This document shows positions 36,338-43,433 of a DNA stretch of 64,000 nucleotides, piece after piece. This stretch comes from Bacteroidales bacterium (GTDB lineage: Bacteria; Bacteroidota; Bacteroidia; Bacteroidales; UBA3663). The stretch lies in NCBI GenBank assembly GCA_045627785.1, contig JAZQOF010000047.1, forward strand, positions 50,199 through 114,198. Direction: 5' to 3'. Positions within the stretch are counted from its first letter, which is position 1, and the number at the start of each line of letters is the position of its first letter. Under the pieces are notes generated by a model. The model did no database searches, was not told where the DNA came from, and saw only the letters and a list, made by a program, of their open reading frames with translations. The position numbers and the translations under genes were made by a program.

Positions 36338-36433
36338 GTGTTTTCGTATTCAGGAATTATTGCACAAAGTTGAGCAATTTTTAGATTCAAACCAAATTTC
36401 CTTGTAGATTTCTACTTTTTTTTATTCTTCTTC

Positions 36434-36582
36434 ACATCGACGCTCGGGAATTTGTTCTCCGGACTTCCCGTGGGCTCATCGACGCTCGTCAATCAGTTCT
36501 CCGGACTTCCTGTGGGCTCATCGACGCTCGTCAATCAGTTCTCCGGACTTCCCGTGGACTCATCGACGCGCGTCGATGAGCA
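36434..36582. repeat. tandem 42-bp repeats (3 copies plus a partial)
   Basis: ctccggacttcccgtgggctcatcgacgctcgtcaatcagtt starts at 36457, 36499 and 36541. A partial copy lies at 36434..36456. Confidence 0.9.
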
Positions 36583-36860
36583 CTCAACTTTTCTGGAGTA
36601 GTCATCAAACTGATACGAACGGAACTCTTGTCACCAAGAGTTGTCATCGTACCTCTACGAAGACATTTCCGACTTCTCGGAAGTCCAATCTCCGTTTGGA
36701 GATTAGACTTTTTAAAACTCCGAAGCCCAATCTCCATGCGTCGACATCAACACTTTGAACATTGTGTTGATTTCGCCAAATGTCGATGACACTTCCTGTT
36801 TTCTCGTAGCCCAAACCATCTGCTCCGATGACATTTCGGAATTCTGGGGAGCCCGATCGG
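36583..36860. repeat. cluster of short hairpin-forming repeats continuing repeat cluster B
   Basis: It contains the palindromes actcttg..caagagt, gacttc tcg gaagtc and aatctcc gttt ggagatt, plus atcaacac...gtgttgat (36746..36771), the counterpart of the hairpin at 6010..6041. Confidence 0.65.
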
Positions 36861-36947
36861 AGCAGTTTGACAAGAGAAAGTAGAAAATGTCCGCACCAAC
36901 TACTAAATTTTATATCATATTCATTTGGAGATAAGAAATATAATCTC

Positions 36948-36955
36948 TATCTTTG
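36948..36955 (+). promoter_or_regulatory. -7 box TATCTTTG
   Basis: Matches TAnnTTTG, 68 nt upstream of the ATG at 37023. Confidence 0.4.
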
Positions 36956-37022
36956 CACCATAAATCATTCACGCAAAGTGTAATGATCATTGTAACTTAT
37001 AAAACCAAATTTCAGAACATCT

Positions 37023-37649
37023 ATGGAACAAGAGATCCAGAAGAAAGGCGAGGTGATATTGTATCACCCGAGTGAGACTATCAAGTTAGAGGTAAGACTT
37101 GAGAATGAGACCGTGTGGCTAAGTGTAGAACAAATGTCATTGTTATTTGCAAGAGATAGATCTGTCATTGGTAAACATATCAGGAAAATATTTGAAGAAG
37201 GAGAATTGGATAGAACCGAGGTATGGGCAAAATTTGCCCATACCACTCTTCATGGCTCTGTTGTAGGTTTGACCCAAACAACGATGTTGGATTATTTCAA
37301 CTTGGATGTTGTTATTTCTGTAGGGTATAGGGTAAAAAGTATTCAAGGAACATTGTTTAGGAAATGGGCGAATAAAATCCTTAAGGAATACCTTATAAAA
37401 GGTTATGTTGTCAATCCACAACTTCCATTTATCCAACGACAGATAGACGACCGATTCATCGCTTTGCAGGAGAACACAGATAAAAATTTCTGTTACTTGA
37501 ACAAAAAGTAGAACATCAGCAGGAGCAGATCGACCTCTACATCAAGACCAATGAAGAGCCGAAGGAACTGCTTTTTGGCAACGGATGTGTGTTCGATGCC
37601 TGGAACTACATTTCAGACCTTGTGCGTAGCGCAAGGCGAGAGATTGAAA
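37023..37649 (+). pseudogene. RhuM-family (ORF6N-like DNA-binding) gene, frameshifted near 37481..37500 and 3'-truncated at 37650
   Basis: The N-terminal 162 aa (VWLSVEQMSLLFARDRSVIGKHIRKIFEEGEL, NLDVVISVGYRVKS) are RhuM-like. Homology continues in the +2 frame (LFGNGCVFDAWNYISDLVRSARREI) and stops at the repeat copy L. Confidence 0.6.
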
Positions 37650-37687
37650 GTAACATAGTATCTGTTACCCAAAAGAGAGACTGTCCC
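37650..37687 (+). repeat. cassette-flanking repeat, copy L
   Basis: Reads gtaacatagtatctgttac ccaaaagagagactgtccc. The core is an imperfect palindrome, GTAACA-N7-TGTTAC. Confidence 0.8.
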
Positions 37688-37757
37688 ACACACCCTAAAA
37701 AGCTATTATTGTATATAATTAATTATATACGTTATAATAGACCTTTACGGTCTCATA

Positions 37758-37793
37758 CCCACTCTGTGTTTTTTGTAACAGTTACTATGTTAC
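37758..37793 (-). repeat. cassette-flanking repeat, inverted copy L'
   Basis: The plus strand reads cccactctgtgttttttgtaacagttactatgttac. The 19-nt core at its end, gtaacagttactatgttac (37775..37793), is the exact reverse complement of the copy R core, gtaacatagtaactgttac. Confidence 0.8.
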
Positions 37794-37883
37794 CGAACCA
37801 AATCTCAGTTTCAAAACCTTATAAAATTCTTTTAGAATTTCAAAATTTCTTATTATAACATTTTGTTATTTCAAAATAAAGGT

Positions 37884-37891
37884 TATCTTTG
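37884..37891 (+). promoter_or_regulatory. -7 box TATCTTTG upstream of the nuclease/methyltransferase cassette
   Basis: Matches TAnnTTTG, 254 nt upstream of the ATG at 38145. Confidence 0.35.
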
Positions 37892-38144
37892 CACGTGAAA
37901 TAAATCATATCATTAGAGAAGTCAACCGTTGAGATACTTCATGCCATCATGGAGAAAGTCGCTGCAGCTGCACACGAATCTACAAAACGTATTGAAAAGA
38001 TTCATAGTCATTCTTTGGCAGATAGGATTCAGAGAAGTGCGATTCTTCAAAGAGTTTAATTATCACAGCGTGTTTAACGAGAAGGTAAAATCATACGACT
38101 ATTTTAAAGAAAAATAACTTGCTAAAATACAATCAACTGAAGTT

Positions 38145-38939
38145 ATGAACAAAGAACTCATCGATCAAATATCCGAGTATGTAGAACAGCACATTGGAGA
38201 ATTCCATGCAGCTCGACTCGAAAAGTTAAAGAAGCTCGATCTTAAGAAGCTTCTCACACGCAAAAATCCTTATATGTATAAGGCTAAGCACATAATAACC
38301 GCAAGTGAAATGGTTGAAGGCTTGGCATCTGCATTTATGTCCTCTGCAGAAGAAACCATCTTTGGTAACTGGATGGAAACTATTGCTATTTTCGTTTCTG
38401 AAAAAGTCTATGGCGGTCATAAGTCTTCTGCTGAAGGCGTAGATTTAGAGTTTGACAATGAAGGAGTACATTATTTTGTATCCATAAAGTCTGGCCCAAG
38501 TTGGAGCAATAGCACCTCAATGAAAAAGCAGAAACAACAGTTTGTAACTGCAACAAAGGTATTTAACACGAGTCGAAAAACGGTTCCGACCATGTGCATT
38601 GAAGGTTGTTGTTATGGTAACGATAACAAGGGCTATAATGACAGTACTCACGAGAAATATTGCGGAGAAAAGTTCTGGGCTCTCATTTCTGGCGAACCTA
38701 CTTTGTTCGTTGACATCATAGACCCTTTGGGATTTAAAGCGAAAGAAAAAAACGAAGAGTATTATCAGGAGTACGGAAAGATGATCAACAAGATAACACA
38801 ACAGTTTATCAAGAACTTCTGTGCAAAAGACGGAAGCATCAATTGGGAGAAGATTGTACGATTAAATGCTGCCATCAAAGTTCCAAAAGAAACTAAGCCA
38901 AAGAAAGAACAAAAATCATCAGCAAAGAAATCAAAGTAA
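38145..38939 (+). CDS. PD-(D/E)XK type II restriction endonuclease-like protein 1 (PmeII-type family from memory, unverified)
   Basis: GVD-x15-SIK nuclease-like motif (VDLEFDNEGVHYFVSIKSGPSW). The N-terminal LLTRKNPYMYKAK segment is one I recall from type II REase families. It lies in an operon with a Dcm-type methyltransferase. Confidence 0.55.
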   Translation: MNKELIDQISEYVEQHIGEFHAARLEKLKKLDLKKLLTRKNPYMYKAKHIITASEMVEGLASAFMSSAEETIFGNWMETIAIFVSEKVYGGHKSSAEGVDLEFDNEGVHYFVSIKSGPSWSNSTSMKKQKQQFVTATKVFNTSRKTVPTMCIEGCCYGNDNKGYNDSTHEKYCGEKFWALISGEPTLFVDIIDPLGFKAKEKNEEYYQEYGKMINKITQQFIKNFCAKDGSINWEKIVRLNAAIKVPKETKPKKEQKSSAKKSK

Positions 38940-38944
38940 AAATT

Positions 38945-39820
38945 ATGTTCTTTTTCTTTAACTTCGATAATAGCAAACAAGACACTAATAACTACGAGAG
39001 TGTTTCCGCAGCAATTTGTGACATTGTCCAATCGTTGATGGAAAATGTTATGAATAGAGTTCTTGTGACCGATCCTTTTGTAGCAGAGGAGCATCTCGCG
39101 AAGAAACCACTTTATGCGGCTCTTGTGCCAGATGAAATTTTTAAGGCTTCTCATTTCGAACGTAGGTTCGTGACACCATTTGGTTCTGCTTGGGAGAAAC
39201 TTGCGATGGCTGTTGGAAGCGTCCACCACGGCAAATGTACCAAGGGTGCAACCGTTGATGGTACTATCGGAAAGGAACGACTGAGACGAATACAGGAAGT
39301 TCTTAATCAATTAGAACATGGGGTAAATGGCAATAAGAAGATGAAGCCAAATTGGGATGAAGAACTTGCTTACATCCTAGCTGGTGGAGGCGAACCTATC
39401 CCGACATCAGTTACGTGTGACATACTTATCAATAGCAACATTACAGACGAAACTTACGCATTCGAGTTGAAAGGACCTCTGCCAAATAGCGACCAGACAA
39501 AGGTCAGCAAAGAGAAGATGTTCAAGTTGCTTGCAATGGATGGTAATCCTGTGCAACACGCCTATTATGCTTTGCCTTACAATCCGTACATTAAACGCGA
39601 GAATTATGACTGGTCATTCCCAGGACGTTGGTTCAACATGAAGGAAGACTCTTGCGTATTGATTGGCGATGAATTATGGAATTTGATTGGAGGCGAAGGT
39701 ACATACCAACTTTTTATTTCTGAAATCAACAAATTAGGAGCCCACTATAAGGAACGCATTTATCGAGAATTCCTTGGCATTGAGCCTCCTGAAGGTTTTG
39801 ATAAAGCAACATTAAGATAA
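38945..39820 (+). CDS. PD-(D/E)XK type II restriction endonuclease-like protein 2 (TdeIII-type family from memory, unverified)
   Basis: CD-x14-ELK motif (CDILINSNITDETYAFELKGPLPN). It also has FVTPFGSAWEKLA and ALPYNPY...VLIGDELWNLIGGEGTY. It starts 5 nt after ORF 1 and ends 3 nt before the methyltransferase. Confidence 0.55.
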   Translation: MFFFFNFDNSKQDTNNYESVSAAICDIVQSLMENVMNRVLVTDPFVAEEHLAKKPLYAALVPDEIFKASHFERRFVTPFGSAWEKLAMAVGSVHHGKCTKGATVDGTIGKERLRRIQEVLNQLEHGVNGNKKMKPNWDEELAYILAGGGEPIPTSVTCDILINSNITDETYAFELKGPLPNSDQTKVSKEKMFKLLAMDGNPVQHAYYALPYNPYIKRENYDWSFPGRWFNMKEDSCVLIGDELWNLIGGEGTYQLFISEINKLGAHYKERIYREFLGIEPPEGFDKATLR

Positions 39821-39823
39821 CAG

Positions 39824-41803
39824 ATGGCACAATTCTCATTCATAGATTTATTTGCAGGCATTGGCGGATTTAGACTCGCACTTGAAAGTGTGGGCGGTCA
39901 ATGCCTTGGCTTTAGTGAGATAGCTCCCGATGCCATTAAAACATATTGTGCCAACTTCAAAGAGAGCGAAGATTACAATTTTGGCGACATTACCAAACTG
40001 AAGGAACTGCCAGAGCATGATTTCATGACTGCGGGCGTTCCTTGTCAGAGTTGGTCGATTGCTGGTAGGAATCTTGGATTTGACGATGACCGTGGCCAAT
40101 TATGGAATGATACGCTGTTCCTCTTGAATAAAGTTCGGCCGAAGGCTTTTATCTTTGAGAACGTTAAAGGTCTTGCTGATCCTCGTAATAAGGAAGCACT
40201 TGATTACATTCTCGAACGTATTAGGCAAGCTGGTTATCATGCGCAAAAGTTTTTGCTCAACGCGTACGATTATGGAGTGCCTCAAACGCGCGTTCGCATA
40301 TACATAATAGGGTTCCGTGACAAAGAATTCTTTAACAAATTCGTTCTTCCAGAGTCTTTCCCTGGTAGAGTGCGTTTAGGTGACGTACTTGACATTGAAG
40401 ATCAATGCAACTGTATACTTAGAAATGTCAAAGGAGAAACTGAAGAGCGTAAGGCTCGTTGGAGCTTATCTTGCAATGAGCAAGGGTTCAATGACTATTT
40501 CCTTTTCAATGATTTGAGAAATGGGGATACTACAATTCACTCATGGGATATTGCAGAAACGACAGATAAGGAGAAACAGATTTGTTATCTGCTGCTCTCA
40601 AATCGTCGTAAGCGAGACTATGGTGAATTGGATGGCAACCCTCTGTCACTAGTGCATTTTCAATCACTCGATCCCACAGTTCAAAAGTCTGACCTTGAAG
40701 GATTGGTTAAGAAGAAAATTTTGAAGAAAGTAAACTATCAGTACATTCTTCAAAATGTTAATCATCCTTTGACTCCAGCAGAGGCACTCATTGTCTCTTT
40801 GAACAAAGGAAACGTATTGAATGTCGATAACCTCAAGGTAAATAGAGAAATCAAGAAGCAAAAGATAAACGTAGTAGATATACTTGCTTCATTGTCAAAG
40901 AATGGCGTAATCCGTTGTATTGAGGTGCGTTACGATTTTAAGAATACGAAAATCAGTACAGGTTTGGATGGCATAAATCGTATCATCTTACAATCATCAA
41001 GAATCTATCCAACACTTGTGGCAAGCGATACCAATGACTTTGTAGCAACAAAAGGATGCAGTGGAGAAACCATCGATTTGTTTCGCCAGTCGTTCATGAA
41101 AGAAATCTATATACCTAAAAATTATCGGAAGATAACAAAGTCGGAGGCTTGTCGAATTCAGGGATTCCCTGCTGATTTCAAGTTGCCTCCGACTCGTCCT
41201 CGTTGGATGAAGTTAATTGGAAATAGTGTTGCTGTGCCTGTAATCAAAATCCTGGCAAATGCAGTAGTTGAAACAGGAGTATTTGATGGTTGTGTCGTTA
41301 AAAAACGGAATCCTAAATGTATTCAACTCAATTTCTTTGAACTCTTCGACCAGTACCAGCTTGAGCCGATTACTCAAAACTATTTAGTTCGCGATGACAA
41401 TAAAGTTGAATATAGAACAGCCAATGGAATTAACTTTTTACCTGTTGACCTCACCAAGAATCTCCTTATCTGTAATGTCAAGAAAGATAATTGGGAGCAG
41501 TACCTTGATGGAACAGCCAAGATCTATTATACAGGCAAGAAGTTCCCAACTACTGTTGCGCTCAACAAACTCTATTATTTCATGCCTTACCTCTCTGGTA
41601 AGGGCATACGCGACCTCTACTACATCAGGATTGCCCGCCTTGGCTACCGTAAAGAAGGTCAGGAGAATGAGGACAAGAACGATCTTCGCCTGGTGTTTGA
41701 GATAGAACGTATCGGTCAGCTCTTCGATGATTACAAGAAGGTAAAGCTCGAAATTTGGCGTACGTTTACGGATACTACGATGAAGAAGATTCTGAATATG
41801 TAA
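39824..41803 (+). CDS. DNA (cytosine-5)-methyltransferase with ~267-aa variable region and ~170-aa unassigned C-terminal extension
   Basis: Motif I FIDLFAGIGGF, IV GVPCQSWS, VI ENVKGL, VIII QTRVRIYIIGF, IX RKITKSEACRIQGFP and X LIGNSVAVPV. At 659 aa it is far longer than typical Dcm enzymes. Confidence 0.9.
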   Translation: MAQFSFIDLFAGIGGFRLALESVGGQCLGFSEIAPDAIKTYCANFKESEDYNFGDITKLKELPEHDFMTAGVPCQSWSIAGRNLGFDDDRGQLWNDTLFLLNKVRPKAFIFENVKGLADPRNKEALDYILERIRQAGYHAQKFLLNAYDYGVPQTRVRIYIIGFRDKEFFNKFVLPESFPGRVRLGDVLDIEDQCNCILRNVKGETEERKARWSLSCNEQGFNDYFLFNDLRNGDTTIHSWDIAETTDKEKQICYLLLSNRRKRDYGELDGNPLSLVHFQSLDPTVQKSDLEGLVKKKILKKVNYQYILQNVNHPLTPAEALIVSLNKGNVLNVDNLKVNREIKKQKINVVDILASLSKNGVIRCIEVRYDFKNTKISTGLDGINRIILQSSRIYPTLVASDTNDFVATKGCSGETIDLFRQSFMKEIYIPKNYRKITKSEACRIQGFPADFKLPPTRPRWMKLIGNSVAVPVIKILANAVVETGVFDGCVVKKRNPKCIQLNFFELFDQYQLEPITQNYLVRDDNKVEYRTANGINFLPVDLTKNLLICNVKKDNWEQYLDGTAKIYYTGKKFPTTVALNKLYYFMPYLSGKGIRDLYYIRIARLGYRKEGQENEDKNDLRLVFEIERIGQLFDDYKKVKLEIWRTFTDTTMKKILNM

Positions 41804-41845
41804 GGATACTCAACGAAGACGATGCGCCTAGCGACGATAGCAAAG

Positions 41846-41887
41846 GTAACATAGTAACTGTTACTAGAATGAGAGAGTGTCCTAGAC
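41846..41887 (+). repeat. cassette-flanking repeat, copy R
   Basis: Reads gtaacatagtaactgttac tagaatgagagagtgtcctagac, in direct orientation to copy L and 43 nt after the methyltransferase stop. Confidence 0.8.
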
Positions 41888-41911
41888 TTTTTTATTTACA
41901 AACAAAATATT

Positions 41912-41919
41912 TATATTTG
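41912..41919 (+). promoter_or_regulatory. -7 box TATATTTG
   Basis: Matches TAnnTTTG, 44 nt upstream of the ATG at 41963. Confidence 0.45.
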
Positions 41920-41962
41920 CTCATCAAAAATATAGTTTGAAACCAGAAACTTTAAAATCAAT

Positions 41963-43411
41963 ATGGACAAGAACTTTGAATCAACACGATGCCTTATGTG
42001 TCATGAAGCACCTTGTACCTCGGCTTGTGTACGCAACAACGACCCAGCTCGCGGAATACGTGCTTTGAGATTTGAGAATGACCATTGTGCAGGACTTTTT
42101 ATCAACGAAGATATGTGTGCCGGATGCGATGCTCCATGTGAGAAAGCTTGTGTGCATCCCGATTTTCCTATACGCATCAAGCAGATTGCCGAAGGCATAC
42201 CGGCAAAGACGGTCGCCAAACTGCCATCACTGGAGATTGATTTCTGCGGTATTCGCTGCGAGAATCCGTTCTTCCTCGCTTCATCGGTCATTGCCAGCAG
42301 TTATGAGATGATAGCCAAGGCATTCCGCATGGGGTGGGCAGGTGTTGTATATAAGACAATGAGTTTTGCTGAGATAAAGGAAGTTTCTCCACGCTTCGAC
42401 CAGGTTGGCAAGGAAGGTACGCCTTTCGTGGGTTTCCGCAATATGGAACAGCTGTCGGTTAATACCCCAGAGGAAGATTTTGCCATACTCTCACGCCTTA
42501 AGAAGGAATTTCCTACGAAGGTGCTGGTTGCATCCATCATGGGTGCTGACGATGAGGAGTGGGCACGACTTGCCGCAATGGCTGAGAAAGCCGGTTGCGA
42601 TATGGTGGAGTGTAACTTCTCTTGCCCTCACATGGCTGCCAAGGGACGTGGTAGTGACGTAGGTCAAAACCCAGACCTCGTGCGTCATTTTACCGAAGTG
42701 GTAAAGGCTGCTACGAGTTTGCCTGTCATCGCCAAGATGACTCCAAACATCACTCACATCGAAGAACCTGCAATTGCCTCGGTTGAAGGCGGTGCTGATG
42801 CTATTGCAGCCATCAATACAATCAAGAGTATCACGATGAAACGTCGCTCAGAGGTTGCCGGTAAGGCTACCATCTCTGGTTATAGCGGTAAGGCTGTCAA
42901 GCCTATCGCTCAGCGATTCATCCTCGATATGCGCATGGACAAGCAGTTGAAGGACATTCCTATCAGCGGTATAGGCGGTATAGAGTCATGGCGCGACGCT
43001 TTGCAGTATATCACACTCGGATGCAGCAATGTCCAGGTATGCACAGCCGTTATGCAGTACGGCTACCGCATCATCGATGATCTCATGCTCGGTATTCAGG
43101 AATGGATGCAGCGCAAGGGGTACGGTAATCTTGAGGAGGTGCGCGGCAAAGCCCTACATCAGTTCGTGCCAACCGATCAGCTCGACCGTTCCACATACGT
43201 CCTGCCTCGCATCGATCGTGAGAAGTGTGTACATTGCGGCCGTTGCTACATATCTTGCTATGACGGCGGACATCAAGCCATCAGCTTCGATGCTGACACA
43301 CGTCTTCCGCATGTCATCGGTCGCAACTGTGTCGGCTGCCACCTCTGCATGCTTGTATGCCCTACGGGTGCTATCCTGCCTGCAAACAGAATTCCTGTGA
43401 AACAGAAATAA
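41963..43411 (+). CDS. dihydropyrimidine dehydrogenase PreA-like / dihydroorotate-dehydrogenase-fold flavoprotein with Fe-S domains
   Basis: A DHOD-like TIM barrel (NPFFLASS, ISGIGGI) with a C-terminal 2x[4Fe-4S] ferredoxin (CVHCGRCYISC, CVGCHLCMLVCP). It also has an extra N-terminal Cys-rich segment (CLMCHEAPCTSAC). Confidence 0.7.
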   Translation: MDKNFESTRCLMCHEAPCTSACVRNNDPARGIRALRFENDHCAGLFINEDMCAGCDAPCEKACVHPDFPIRIKQIAEGIPAKTVAKLPSLEIDFCGIRCENPFFLASSVIASSYEMIAKAFRMGWAGVVYKTMSFAEIKEVSPRFDQVGKEGTPFVGFRNMEQLSVNTPEEDFAILSRLKKEFPTKVLVASIMGADDEEWARLAAMAEKAGCDMVECNFSCPHMAAKGRGSDVGQNPDLVRHFTEVVKAATSLPVIAKMTPNITHIEEPAIASVEGGADAIAAINTIKSITMKRRSEVAGKATISGYSGKAVKPIAQRFILDMRMDKQLKDIPISGIGGIESWRDALQYITLGCSNVQVCTAVMQYGYRIIDDLMLGIQEWMQRKGYGNLEEVRGKALHQFVPTDQLDRSTYVLPRIDREKCVHCGRCYISCYDGGHQAISFDADTRLPHVIGRNCVGCHLCMLVCPTGAILPANRIPVKQK

Positions 43412-43433
43412 TAAAAGAATAAACGACTAAGAA

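Noticed and set aside
36434-36582. The 42-bp tandem repeats as a possible CRISPR array.
   Set aside because: The repeats are contiguous with no spacers, there are only about 3.5 copies, and no cas genes are in the window.
5880-36860. Repeat clusters A and B as boundaries of a 30-kb genomic island.
   Set aside because: The interval contains core genes (tRNA-Val, ygiQ, trxB, the sulfatase operon) in both orientations and no integrase or transfer genes. The repeats are better explained as a dispersed intergenic element.
37589-37858. The 89-aa ORF downstream of the RhuM fragment.
   Set aside because: It is a chimera of the out-of-frame RhuM remnant and a read-through of repeat copies L and L', not an independent gene.
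37929-38117. Small ORFs between the -7 box and the first nuclease gene (a TTG-start 62-aa ORF and a 36-aa ATG ORF at 37949) as a possible controller (C) protein.
   Set aside because: No helix-turn-helix pattern is recognisable, the ORFs are very short or use a non-ATG start, and the region may be a gene remnant. Left unannotated.
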